Positions 17,672 to 31,989 of a stretch of DNA of 64,000 nt are shown one piece after another (within the stretch, counting starts at the first letter, position 1; the number at the start of each line of letters is the position of its first letter). Source of the DNA: a bacterium (GTDB taxonomy: Bacteria > UBA8248). The notes under the pieces are model-generated. The model was given only the letters and a program-made list of their open reading frames with translations, was not told where the DNA came from and did not search any database. The DNA lies in assembly GCA_965213685.1 (NCBI GenBank), contig CBDBZY010000064.1, positions 1,280,001-1,344,000 on the forward strand, in the 5' to 3' direction. Position numbers and translations under genes: made by a program.

Positions 17672-19909
17672 GGTGACCGGATCTGCGAAAACCGACCACC
17701 TTGTAAAATATGTACATTAGGGATACGGACATTTGAACGCGGTCATGTAGTTCTAGACCCAAACTTTTTTATTATGCCACTGTAATCCTAGGTCCTTTAG
17801 CTACATCATGGTGGAGTTGGACTGTCATCAGCGCTTCCGTTCGAGTGCTATAGCGTGTAACATGCAGCCTATTCGAGCGCCCCGTTATAGTCTAGTATAC
17901 GATGTGCGTTGCTAAGCCGAAGAACATGATCTACAAGCTACGCTAAAGACTTGTAACTTGACTAATGGCTATATCGTATGGATAATCAGTCGATTACAAG
18001 TAGACACGAGTACTCGTGTAAAAACTGTAAGTATCGCGGAAGTATACGGACTACGCAAAACACGTCTTAGCAACCGCAATAAACGCCCGTTTTTCGGAAA
18101 GGGGGCTGCTACTTTCACATCATCCCATGTCCACTCATGTGATAAGCTAGTAGGCGTGGTCGAGTAGCGAACAAGCACCGGCTGGTGCGCGCTTTCTCGC
18201 ATGCGGAGAGGGCCTGGTGTGCTTCTACGCGAGTTGTTTCCTTTGCAGGAATAGCTGCAAACTTGTGTTCTAGGTACTAGTGCCTAAGGCAACGCAAGAA
18301 GATGCCATTACCCAGTTTCTACTTGGCAGAGATGTGTTTGTGGCCCAATCTACCAGCTACGGGAAAAGCCTTTGCTATTTCACTCTGCCGTTAATATTTG
18401 ACAGTTTTAGGACAGTCACCAACCAATCGTTTGTGTTGGATGTCAGTCCCCTAGTAGCACTAATGAAGGACTAGGTGGTTCACTAATTTGGATGACACAG
18501 AACTTCCACATGTCCCTCACCTTCCCTTCACACTTCCGTCCACATCTTCACCTGCTCTATTGTATGCTCAGTTCAATACTAAAATTGGTATTGATATGAA
18601 CAAGTAACATTATTAAAATAAAAAATACACATTGATATAAATAAGGAAAACAAAATATGCCCTGTTATACCTATATGACAGAAAGTAAAGTACGATGGCA
18701 AGGCAACAGGGACAAATTAAGTGACGTTAGACTCGGCTACTACAAGTAGATTGGCTTGCGTTTCTGCATCACCCACAGTAGACCGAGTGCCTCAGATACA
18801 GTGTATGAAAGATCTCAGGAGAGCCACAAATAGCTTGCTTTTCATACATCCCAAGGTGCTGCCGTAGCACTGGTCCTATTTCTCAGCTAACATTAATGCA
18901 AGCTTCTTGTAGCTGACTATTGCAGCATTACCCACTTCTCCAAACTGGTACACCGCAAGGGGTGTGAATGAGCCTTGCTCTACATTCCAAACATTTTTGT
19001 TCCTTTTCCATGCTGAGTTAAGAGCTGGAGGGTAGCATTTGTCTTGCCTGTCTGTGTCAGTCTCCGAGTAAGTGGCCAAGGCCTCATCTATCATCTTAAA
19101 CAATGTACCCAAGTCATGGTCCCCCAAAACTAAGGACTCTGAGGGTTGGGAAATGGGTAGGCCTACGGAGGCCGAAGGTCAGAGTAGAGACGACTGTGCC
19201 AGTGTGGTTGTATAACATGGTGAACAGTAATTGGGGTTGGGCTAGTGGAGTATCCTTTATTCCTGGAGTCGATGATCCCGACAACCGCGTCAGTGTTTGC
19301 GGCTGATAGCAGCGAGTCTGAATGGAGGGAGTGAGACATTAGCTATGCTGGCTGTGGTGGCCGGTGACTGCGAAGTTGATGATAGCTGCGTGTTTATACA
19401 GTTTCTACACTTTACACTCAACTTGGCAACACAGAGTCATCCTCAATGTACGGACGTCCTACGCTCTGGTTCTTGGAAGCCACGCCAACTCTCAAGGCTA
19501 AAAACACGCCCCCGCCAACGACATCGCGTATTGTGGTCAGCTTGTTACGTTCCTCGGGAGCAACCCTGTACACCAGGCCGCGTGCGAAAAGGCGTGGCTC
19601 CGCGACGCTAGCGCATGCATGGCCAGCCTGTAGACGTAGTATAGTAACAACTGACGCCATTACGTCATTGGCTATGCACGTGATAGGGGGCATCGGATTG
19701 CGTGAAAGTAGTAGACCCCTTTCCGAAAAACTCGTGCGCCTAAATTAGCCGACTCACCGTGCTTCTAAGGATTGTATCTCCAAAACTATACAGGCGATCG
19801 CTTCCAAATTTTCACCAGACCTAGACCACACCTCAATGATATCATTCATTGCGCTATCTCGATTTCGATGGCGGGTACAAGGTGGTCGGTTTTCGCAGAT
19901 CCGGTCACA
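17672..19909. mobile_element. TIR element ((T)GTGACCGGATCTGCGAAAACCGACCACCTTGTA termini) with 1.6-kb internal cargo, inserted in the SWIM intron
   Basis: About 33-bp perfect TIR; both arms are colinear with the shorter copy at 62107-62721. Confidence 0.88.
18280..18480 (+). pseudogene. RecQ-like SF2 helicase N-terminal fragment
   Basis: QEDAITQFLLGRDVFVAQSTSYGKSLCY (degenerate motif I) and VSPLVALMKD (motif Ia). Confidence 0.75.
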
Positions 19910-20829
19910 ATTAGTCATATACTGTAATGCTCTGTTTCAGGATGTCCTCCAGCTGTACACGTGTCCGCCCTCCTACATGCCCTGACTGCTCAACCCCCTT
20001 ATCGTTCCAGCCTCATCTGAACTTACCTACCATCAGTGGTGCTGAAACTGAACCCGCTTTAGTCACGTCTTTACCATGAAAATGGAAAGCTCCAAAGGCC
20101 AAAAAGGATAGTACACTGCCAGTTACATCCACCTGCTTTGAGAAGCATGACTATCAGAAGTCGGTAAAGAAACTTCTAGAAGACTCATCCTCGTTCATCC
20201 GAGTATAGGGGCCAAATTCAAAGCAGGCTACCCTCATTCTTGCAGAAGGTAATAGGAGAGGTTAGCTATTTCTTTTTTTTGCTGGATTCTACATTAAAGC
20301 AGCCTCAATTAGCACCAGCATCTGTTAATATCGATGATGAAAATCTTCAAGTCGCAAGAAACCTTGAAAGTCACTGCTGTTAAAGCACGAGAAATAGAAA
20401 GAAAAGCGCGAGCAAAGACTTTTCTCTGGTTTTCTGTCAGACGATATCGCATCACCTCTCTTTTTGGAGCAATATACACTCGAAGACCAACCACAGCTCC
20501 AGATACTTGGTTTTGAGGATTGAACTTTTCTTCTGCAACACAGGATGGGATAGACAACGAACAGAATGCTGTACGTGAGTATATTGCGTAACAGCAGTTA
20601 CATGGCCATCCCCAGTTAACTGTTTCTCCTTCAGGATTCCTTATTAGCTCTGAACATCCTTTTCTTTGCGCATCTACTGATGGAGCTGTGTATCACCCCG
20701 GTAATGTGCAGCATCTATTTGGTTTCTAGAGATCAAATGCCCATACACTGCCAGAAATGTTCTGCCGTTCCAAGCTTGCGGTGACTCTACTTTCTGCTGC
20801 AATCTCAAACCTCAAACAGGCTCCCTTAT

Positions 20830-21340
20830 CCCTTTCGCTTGAGTTCTTGCGCTAGAACGAGCGAACGATGTGACACGGTAGTTTTAAAATCTCCGGTTAC
20901 TTCCGACCCCTCGGGTCGAAGCGTCGCCTAGCGCCTGGGCGTCGCCTGGCTACCTCCATGGTAACAGCGTGCCCCGCATGTCTCCTGGCAACCTATTCAA
21001 ATCTCCGTATTCCTACAGATCGAAGCCGCTCGGCCGATTTATGGCTACGTGCAGGGCCCAGACTTCACTGCAGCTACATCTAGCCCTCCCTGACAGTTCA
21101 GCACACTGCCTGCTAGACTTCTTGCTTTTTTTTTAAGTATACAATAGCAGAGATGAAAGCTACATCAAAGCTCCGACCGCCAGATCTAAGCGCCGAAAGG
21201 CTACTTCAAGGGCTGCGTTGGAGTTTTTTATCAGTAAATTGCCCACATGCCGACATTACATCACCAAATGTTTTATATTTTTCTAGTTTTACGCTGTTTT
21301 AGAAAGTGCGCAAAACTGCGCACTTTTGAGAGCGAAAGGG
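20830..21340 (-). mobile_element. PB-A 3' terminal unit
   Basis: TTAT at 20826-20829, CCCTTTCGCT...AGCGAAAGGG, TTAA at 21341-21344; reverse complement of 6279-6761. Confidence 0.9.
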
Positions 21341-21531
21341 TTAAGAGTTGCTTCAATTTTGGGAACTTCAGGAAATCATTAAAAAAAACTGATCTAAAAG
21401 CAAATGCATACATACAAAATGAATGGAAACACAGTGCAGAGCACAAAATCTCACTGAATACACACTCAACATACATGTACGTACATGCACTACAAACACG
21501 CAAATACACAGAGAAGAGTCACTTGGAGCTG

Positions 21532-23220
21532 TCAGTGCTGGTGAAATTCAGTAAAGCTGGTCGTCTTGTACAGGCGAACACGACAGACTCCACAGGCAAA
21601 CGATGTAGATCGTGGTGGCATCCTCTTACTCTTCTGACACTGGCGGAACCTACCCCTCTTCAAACCTACATCTGAAACTTGAACAAGTAACACACTCTCT
21701 CACTCTCTCACCGTATTTACTCTTTCTTTGCCAGCTCCTGGTCTCACCCCTTTCTGCTCCAAAAGGTGGTGTACTAACTCCAAACTAAAGGCAAGTAGAT
21801 CCATAGGCCGACTTCCGTATGTCCTACAGTTATGTTTGTAGAGTAAATATGCATTATCAATAGCATAGTCAAAAAATTGAAAGAAAATCCTCAGCCAAAA
21901 GCGTTTGGATTTCCTATCAAAACCGTATGTCTTCCTGATATGGGCAGTTCTGTCAACTCCACCCATAAACATTGTAGGTAGGCAGAAGTGGAGGAACAGA
22001 CTGCTTTCGGAGAACTCCTTCAGGCTGTAGTCTAGCTACCTAGCTATCCATGTGTTCCGGAAACACATTTGTCACAAAACATACTTCCTTACGGTTCTGA
22101 AAAACAAAATAAGTGTTAGAACCTACTGTTTCAGATACATAACTACCTCTGGGTGGGTGGACCTTCTTCAGGCTATCTGGAAACCCCTTCGTAGACTTTT
22201 TAATAGTTCCTGCAAAGAATACCTTGTCATCAGCCAGCTTATCTACAAGGGGAGCACTAGAGTAAAAATTGTCACAGTACACCACATGATTAAGTCCTGC
22301 AAAGGGAGCAACCAGCTCCGATACAACTCATAACTAATTCCTTTTCTGGAGTCTTCTTACCTGTTATTGGGTCAGTAGGCTTACCCTGGTATACCTGAAA
22401 CGTGCAGAGATAGCCACAGGAAGCACAGGAGCAGCACCAAACCTTGAGTCCCCACTTCACTGGCTTCTTGGGCATGCACACTTTTCCACCCGCCCGTCCC
22501 TTGTACTTGACCATTCCCTCGTCTACAGAAAGCTCCTGCCCTGGATTATAGCATGTCAAGAATGTATGTCCGAAGGCATCTAAAAGAGGTTTGACTTTAT
22601 GACATATACCACCAGTAGGTGGCATGCTTTGGTTATCAACAAGGTGGAGGTTGCTCCACAATGCCCAGAATCTAGCCAGTGACATGTGGCGATGCAGGTT
22701 TGGTATGCCTATGAAGCAGTCTGTACTCCAGTAGTTGCTAATCCTGGGCAATCTATTTAACCCCATTAGAATTACAATACCTAGGAGTCCAAACCTCAGC
22801 TCCTGTAACATCACACCAACCAGACACCCCTCTCTGCAATGCATATCTGTTTGTCTCCACAGCAATCAACTGGCACAGAGCAGCTGGCCAAAGAAACAAC
22901 AAATAGTCCAGGACACTGCCATCATTGGGATTAACCTGCTGGGTAGGACCATGCATTCCAAGAAAGGTAGGATACTTTCACGACTTCAGGGAAGCCGAGA
23001 GAGCCTTGCCTCGTGCGACCTTACACCTCTTAGTGGTTGGTGCCATCCCTTCCAGATCACTCTCCTCATCTGAGTTGTCATCCTCTTCCACAGAATCGTC
23101 GGTAGAGTCCACATCGCTGTCATCGGAATAGTGGGAGACCTTGTCAGAGCATTCAGAATTCACTGAAGAAAATGGAGAGACACACGTAAAAGATTGCTGC
23201 AAACTCTCCAGGAGACACAT
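21532..23220 (-). pseudogene. PB-A piggyBac transposase (frameshifted)
   Basis: Acidic N-terminus, LSVDEGM, KPVKWGLKVW, VYCDNFYSS, MGGVDR and a degenerate Cys-rich tail RGRFRQC..TSFACGVCRVRL..FTEFH*, spread over several frames. Confidence 0.9.
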
Positions 23221-23239
23221 GCATGAAAATCTCCATTTC

Positions 23240-24395
<1,156 letters not shown>

Positions 24396-24396
24396 G

Positions 24397-25260
24397 AAAT
24401 CGCTCCTACATAAACCGGGGATATGAAAAACATAGCCCTATTTGGTGTACATGCCACAAGAAACTTTACTGTGTTGTGGTGCTTGTACTGACTCCAAGTC
24501 GAAGACAGGAGGTGAATGTCCGGTGGTGTTTCAATAAACACTTCACTTCCATCAATTATGGCGTATGTGGAGGGAAATTTTTCTCTGAAATCAGCAGGCT
24601 GAGTTCAAAATACTTGAGCGATAGATGGAATCCACTCAATGTCTTGAAGTTCCCTGTATAAAAAACAAATCCAAGTCGTGATGTATTGAGAAACCTGCGA
24701 AACTGAGAACCCAAAACGAAATGCAAGATCTCTGTGACGTAAGTTCAAACGCAGTTTAACTAGCACAAAAAACAGCTGGTTCTTTGGGTCTACTTTCCTG
24801 AGCCGACGACGCTGCGTACAAATTCTTTTGACCCCCAGTAACTCAAATGGTCCACAGCAGGGCCAAGTAACTCAAAGAAAGCTAAAAACAAAGTGAAAGA
24901 AGTGAAGCCTGTATAGAACTGCACCAACTTGTCATCATGCCGTAGGCATTCGAAAAAATTGTTTGTCATTCTTTGAGTCCATCTTCTTTTCTGACTCAAG
25001 TAGCTCTATACAAGTCAGCAGTGCCTGGTTGATCAACTGGCATTCTTCAGGCTCCATTCCACTAGATTCAGGCAGTTCATGAACTGAGTAGTTGGTTTCA
25101 AGCTGTTCACCAGCCTGGGCAATCTTGAAACTAGAGTGAGGAGTTACTGGTCCAGTTCCAGAGCTAGCCACAGGAGGTACAGATCTTGAGGGAGTCCTAT
25201 GAACAGGAGCCTCCTGTGCCATCTGTTTATATCCATGATCCAGCCTATTCTGTAATACGC
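24397..25260 (-). pseudogene. ISL2EU/Harbinger-type transposase (HTH_Tnp_4 + DDE_Tnp_4), 3'-truncated
   Basis: VQFYTGF, DPKNQLFFVLVKLRLNLRHRDLAFRFG, IIDGSEVFIETP, STWSQYKHHNTVKFLVACTPN; convergent on the SWIM/YqaJ gene. Confidence 0.82.
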
Positions 25261-25517
25261 TTGCCAAGTGTGGGACTCCTACACAGTTAAGACAAAAAAT
25301 TGAAATGTGCCCTGCGTATTTGTTCTGGCAGATGGTTGGCAAGCTATGAAGAGTTACTGTATGTATTAATACTTCCCATGTTAGCCAGCCGCCGGGAATA
25401 TTTGAGAATAATCAGTTTACATCAGTACCACACTCAGCTTTCCTACTTTCCACCGGAACTTCTAACTCAACAATCAATGACTGTTGCTACCCGTTCCAAC
25501 ATCTCTCCTCAGTTTAA

Positions 25518-26001
25518 CCCTTTCACTTGCGTTCCCACGATGGAACGAGCAAACAACATGACACGGTCTTTCTTAGATCTCCGTTTACCTCTGGCCCTTC
25601 CGGTCGCCTGGCTACCTCCATGGCAACGGCATAGCCCGCAAGTCTCCTGGCAACCAATTCAAATCTCCGTATTCCTACAGATCGAAGCCACTCGGCCCAT
25701 TTATGGCTACTTGCAGAGCCCAGACTTCACTCCAGCCACCGCTAGCCCTTCCTGACACTTCATCACACTGCCTGCTATGCTTCTTGTTTTTTTTAAAGTA
25801 TACAATAGCAAAGATGAAAGCTACATGAAAGCTCCAACCGCCACATCCAAGCGCCGAGAGGCCACTTCAAGGGGGGTGTGTTTTTTTTTATCAGTAAATT
25901 GCCCGCGTGCCGACATTACATCATCAAATGTTCCATATTTCTCCAGTTTTACGCTGTTTTAGAAAGTGTGCAAAAAATGCGCACTTTTGAGAGCGAAAGG
26001 A
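25518..26001 (-). mobile_element. Solo PB-A terminal unit
   Basis: TTAA at 25514-25517, CCCTTTCACT...AGCGAAAGGA; reverse complement of 3305-3789. Confidence 0.88.
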
Positions 26002-26204
26002 TTAGTCCCTTTTGTATGCACAATACAGTTTCGGAGTTCCTTCCTGCCTGGACACTCCAGTTGTGGAACAACTTACCTACTGATAATTTAGATAATGACT
26101 GTAGATCCTTTAAATGTATACCAACTCCTTGCTATTTGTGTTGCCAAGCATATACTTATGCAGAATCAATTAAAAAGTCGAAAGTAAGTCCTAATAATGA
26201 TTAG

Positions 26205-29200
26205 CCCGGAATGTGCTAATTGTTTTTGGACGCACTTTTGATTTAGTCTCCGAGTGCAACACATTCTGCGCATGCACAGTAGCGGGTGGGGTGGAACCTA
26301 GCCCTGAGCAATAGTCTGGGGGCGAGGCCTGTACATGTTAAGAATGCACTGGTAAGCTGTATATACGTACACAGTAAATGTGCAAGGTAAGTAATATGCA
26401 TGAGAACACGTACTGAGTCACCACTTCCCCTGCTGCCCAGCTTGAGTGTATCTATGGGAAGAGTGGATTCTATGTCACTTGGGTTCATTTCAGGTTGTGC
26501 CTCGAGTTCTTCTGCTGTCTTCTGGGACAAAAGTAAGCATTTGTTAGGTCGTCCAGAAGAGTAGGCAGGCATCTTGATGACCTAGCGAAGGCTTACTTGT
26601 GTCCCAGAAGGCAGCAGCAGAGCTAACACAATCGAGGCACTACCTTGCAATCCGAAATGAACCCAAAAAAAACATTCACGTTTGACGGCAGAATGCTTGA
26701 AAGTGGTGACTCAGTACCTGTTCTCATGCATGTTACTTACCTTGCACATCTACTCACGGTATGTAGTCTCGCGAGCCAGACCCTCTCGGCAGGCGGAGGG
26801 TCTGGCTCGCGAGACTATGCCAGTACATTCTCACATGCACAGGCCTCGCCCCCAGAATATTTGCTTAGGGTCTAGGCTCCGCCCCAACCGCTACTGCGCA
26901 CGCGCAGAACGTATTGCACTCGTCTAAGAAATAGATTAGCCCGGACCGTGCGAATAATCACTTTCGACTTAGACTTTTCTTCAAAGCCGAAGTACGCATG
27001 CGCAATCCTATTGAACATTGATTGTGGAGGAAGGCGTTTACTCTTTAGGAGAGTGAAGACGCCAGCAGCGCCCTGTGTGAGAATTGCGGTGCAAGCAACA
27101 GCTGTAGGAAGAAGGAAGTGTATTCAGTCATGACGAAAGGTTTGAGCGTCATCAAGAGCTTTAGTCAAGCATCCCGCTCGTTATCTATGGTCAAGCAGGG
27201 GCAAAGGCAAGGTGTGGTCTAGATACTTTCATACCAATCGTAAAAACACAGAAAGGGGCATCGGCTGTACTCCCTTACATGCATAAGATGTTGAAAGCAA
27301 ACTGCAGGTAAGTGTCACAAAGTGAAATTTACGCCGTGACAGGAATATTCTATGTATTTTTTCTCACATACCACTTTGTTCATAACCCCATCTATGATGA
27401 TGCACCCTAGCTAGAGACTTACAGCACTATACACGCACGGTTGTACTTGGAGTCTTTGCTCCTGCTTGACTGTCCTCCTGGTGATGCTCAGACCTTTCTG
27501 AATACACTTCCTACTTCTTAGAGCTGTTGCTTGCACCGAAATTCTCTCACACAACTCGCTGCTTGCGTCTTTGAGCGGTTACCTAGTGCGCTGAAGAGTA
27601 AGCGCCTTACATTACTTCCACATGCTATGCATTCAAAGGGGTGTGGTATCACGATTGCGCATGCGTCTTTGGCTTCGAAGAAAATTCTAAGTCGAAAGTG
27701 GTTCCCATAAAATTTGCCCGGACCGTGCTAATCTTTTTGGACGTATATACTTTCGTCTTAGTCCTCGAGTGCAACACGTACTGTGCATGCGCACTATCGG
27801 GTGGGGAGGAGCCTAGTCCTGAGCAATAATCTGGAGGCGAGGCCTGTGCTGGTGAGAATGTACTGGTAAGCTGTATATACGTATATATACATAGTAAATG
27901 TGTAGGGAAAGTAACATGCATTGGAACAAGTACTGAGTCACCACTTCCCTTGCTGCCCAGCTTGAGTGTTTCTATGTGAAGAGTGGATTATATGTCTCTT
28001 GGGTTCATTTCAGATTAAAAGGCTGTGCCTCGAGCACTTCTGCTTGTATTCTGGGACAAAAGTCAGCATTTTTTAGGTCGATCGTCCAGACACTTGCCTA
28101 CCCTTTCCATGAGATTTTACCTTTTCTCCTCCTTCCTGCTGCTCACAAGCTCTCAGCTCCACTGAGGTTGCGCCCCAAGCTTGCATTGGCTTTCAACAAT
28201 TCGTGTGGGAGATTGGTACAGCTACAACTACACAAGCTAGTCAACTACGGCACGGCGAATTGCTGTACAAGCTACAGCAGCAAGGAGAGGGAGGGTAGGC
28301 AGGTATCTTGACGACCTAGCGAAGTGTTCCAGAAGGCAGCAGAAGAGCTAATACAAGCGAGGAACTACCTTGCAATCCGAAATGAACCCAAGAAACATTC
28401 AAGCTGGACGGCAGAATGCCGGGAAGTAGTGACTCAGTACTTGTTCTCATGCATGTTGCTTACCTTGCACATCTACTCACGGCATGTAGTCTCGCGAACC
28501 AGACCCTCTCGGCCTAGCGGAGGGTCTGGCTCGCGGTACATTCTCACATGCACAGGCCTCGCCCCCAGATTTATTTGCTCAGGGCTAGGCTCCGCCCCAA
28601 CCGCTACTGCGCATGCGCAGAACGTGTTGCAGTCGGAGACTAAGACGAAAGTGCGTCCAAAAAATTAGCCCGGACCGTGCGAATTCCTTTTTTGGGAACC
28701 ACTTTCAGCTTAGACATTTCTTCAAAGCCGAAGTACGCATGCGCAATCGTGAGACCACACCCCTTTGAACGCTGATTGTGGAAGGAAGGCGCTTATTCTT
28801 TACATATAGAGGAGTTTGAAGACACTAGCAGCAAGGCAAGCAAGGCTTGAGCGTCATCATTAGTCAAGCATCCCGCTCGTTTATGTATGGTCAAGCAGGG
28901 GCAAAGGCAAGGAGAGCTCTAGGTACTTCATAAAAACACAGAAAGGGGCATCGGCTGTACTCCCTTACATGCATATGATGTTGAAAGCAAACTGCAAGAA
29001 GTGTCAGAAGGTGAAATTTACCCCTTGACAGGAGTATTACTCACGTATCACTGTGTTCGTACCCCCATCTATGATCATGCACACTAGAGACTTACAGCAC
29101 TACACGCACGATTGTACTTGAAGTCTTTGCCCCTGCTTGACTAATGCTCCTGGTGATAGTCAGGCCTTTCTGAATACCTTTCCTACTTCCTACAGCTGTC

Positions 29201-30290
29201 GAAATTTTCTCACACAACACGCTGCTTGCGTCTTCACTCTCCCCTTTAAGCTACCTAGTGCGCTGAATAGTAAGCGTCTTCTGCTTCCATTCGAAGGGGT
29301 GTGGTCTCACGATTGCGCATGCGTACTTTGGCTTTGAAGAAAATTCTAAGTCTAAAGTGGTTCCAAAAAAATTTTCCCGGACCGTGCAAATTTTTTTGGG
29401 ACGTACTTTCGACTTAGTCTCCGAGTGCAACACGTTCTGCGCGAGCGCAGTAGCGGGTGGGGCGGAGCCTAGCCTTAGCAATAATCTGGGAACGAGGCCT
29501 ATGCATATACTGTAAGCTGTATATACGTACATAGTAAATGTGAAAGGTAAGTAACATGCATGAGAACAAGTACTGAGTCACCACTTCCCTTGCTGCCCAG
29601 CTTGAGTGTTTCTATGTGAAGAGTGGATTCTATGTCCCTTGCCCTTGGGTTCATTTCAGATTAAAAAAAGGTTGTGAAGTGAGCATTTGTTAGGGCGTCC
29701 AGACACCTGCCTACCCTTTCCATGAGAATTTTTTCTCCTTCCTGCTGCTGCTAAGCTCTCAGCTCCACTGAGGTTGCGCCCAAAGCTTGCATCAGTTTCA
29801 ACAATTCAGGTGGGATTGATACAGCTACTAGACAAGCTAGTCAACTACGGCACGGCAAACTGAATGAATTGCTGTACAAGCTACAGCAGCAGGGAGAGGG
29901 AGGGTGGGCAGGTGTCTTGACGACCTAGCGAAAGGATAACTTGTGTTCCAGAAGGCAGCAGAAGAGCTAACACAATCGAGGCACTACCTTGCAATCCGAA
30001 ATGAACCCAAGAAACATTCAAGCTGGACGGCAGAATGCTGGGAAGCGGTGACTCAGTACCTGTTCTCATGCATGTTACTTACCTTGCACATCTACTCACG
30101 GTATGTAGTCTTGCGAGCCAGACCCTTGCGAGACTATGCGTCTTTACCACACATGCACAGACCTCGCCCCCAGATTATTTGCTCAGGGCTAGGCTCCGCC
30201 CCAGCCTCTACTGCGCATGCGCAGAATGTGTTGCACTCGGACTAAGTCGAAAGTACGTCCAAAAAAAAGATTAGCCTTGGATTGTGGGGC
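26205..30290. repeat. Tandem array (~2.5 units, period ~1.6-1.7 kb) of palindromic foldback units with ~650-bp inverted arms
   Basis: The arm motif ctgagtcaccacttccc and its reverse complement alternate. Hairpin centres at about 26560, 28190 and 29800; spacers 27210-27450 and 28910-29120 are direct repeats. Confidence 0.88.
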
Positions 30291-31750
30291 TACGGCAATC
30301 GATATCCTACGGGGTTAAAGGCCACTGGTGCGCGCCTGAACAGAGCGCCCTAGACGACGAAGGCTAGGGATAAAACTAGTCTATACGGACTTGGCCGTAT
30401 GACAGGGCTAGGGGTAGGTTAGGGACTTAGTCGTGTGACGGGGCAAGGGGTAGGCTAGGGACAAGTTCACCTATAAACCTCTACGAATGCAATGGTACCT
30501 GTGAACAAGACGCAGCGCACAGAGCGACACGGCGGGCTGCAGACACAAGTCTTAGTCCCTTGCCTTGGTCGTGTGACGGGGCAAGGGGTAAGGGTAGGCT
30601 AGCAACACAAAAACATAACGGGACTCGGCGTGCTACGCCTATGGATTGGGGTGAGCCCGATGACAGAATAGCTTTGTACTAACCACGGACCTCACAGAGT
30701 AGTGGACCAACCTCATGCAGTACTCGAGTAACGGATTGACCCCATTAACAGGTCGACATCATGAAGCTACAGACCTACCTCATGAAGTAGCAGGTCGATC
30801 TCATAAGGCTACAGACAGACCTCATAATCTAAAGGTCGACCTCATGAAAGTATGGACTAACCCCATCGTCGTTGCTGAGTGTACGGGAAATAAGCGCTTT
30901 ACTTTTGACGCAGAAAACGCGTTATACCTTCCTTGTTACGTAGTCTGCGGTGAAAAGTGACGTTCCTCACTCAGCGAGTGACAAGAAGAACTGTAGAAAC
31001 CCAGCTTGCTCTCCGGATGTATCACAGTATTAACCACTACGTACCAGAGAGTAGCCTAAGCACAGTCTGCACAGTTCAGAAGAGTGTGACCGCAGCATTC
31101 AGACAGCTATCAGTGCAAATTAGCAGTTGACTGTACAGGGCAGTAGCGTCTCATTGCCAAGTCACGTGCATTGGGAAATTCTGTATCACAAACACTGCTT
31201 GGTATGGGATGCTTCACAGAACAAATCATTTCGCCGATGCTCACCCCACGATTCCCAGCATTCTATAGTTAACAACATAATATAATTCATGCTATTGTAC
31301 ACCTGACACTGAATCAACAAAAATGGTGAAAAAATTGCAAACACATGCACTGTATAATACATGAAGATCAACACCTCATTCTCGAGAGATCGCCAAAGGT
31401 GAAGGTGCTTTTACTTCCTGTATGAAAACACAATTATAAGCAATCATAAGCAATAATAATTATTAGCCTATTGTGTACCAGATTAGCACTTGTACAGCGT
31501 ATTTCTATTCACCTTTCTATACACAGGACTGGACATGTAGTTATAGCAGTGCGCTAAATTCTCTTTCACGCACACCTGGTTGGCAAAAGCGCGTGGAGTG
31601 CTAGTGTATCACCCTGTCAGTGGTACCGCCATGTGTAATGGCTACGTCGACTCATTAAATTGGCAGGCCAGGAAGAAATACTGTGAAAAGCTTGGAAGCT
31701 ATTGGCCTGTCTCTAGTCTATCAAGGTAGACCCTACTCCGAGCACGAAGT

Positions 31751-31989
31751 ACGAGTAGGGTCTAGCAGAGGTTATTAGTATGAATTACCTTCTGACCAAT
31801 CAGATTCAGTAGCCGAATCTGGAGCAGTAATTAGAGGTAATATTATCCGCCTGTTAAGTATGTGTGAAAACCATGGCCAGGCACGAATATAAGCCTAGGT
31901 AGAGTAAATGTATGTGATAAGTGGCTGCGTAAGGACATGTCAAACCTCAGGGCAATGCATACTAATAACCTCTGCCAGACCCTACTCGT
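31751..31989. mobile_element. MITE-like insertion with 32-bp TIR
   Basis: acgagtagggtctagcagaggttattagtatg versus the reverse complement at 31958-31989 (31/32). Confidence 0.75.

Larger units (their letters stand above)
17214..20825 (+). pseudogene. ISL2EU-type SWIM + YqaJ-like (lambda-exonuclease fold) gene, intron-containing, interrupted
   Basis: AFRALARGYTHWASGR; SWIM CDCAAG|intron 17647-19940|MSSSCT(H)VSALLHAL; LWFSVRRYRITS.FG; GFLISSEHPFLCASTDG and LEIKCPY (PD-(D/E)XK motifs). Cut at 20826 by PB-A. Confidence 0.75.
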
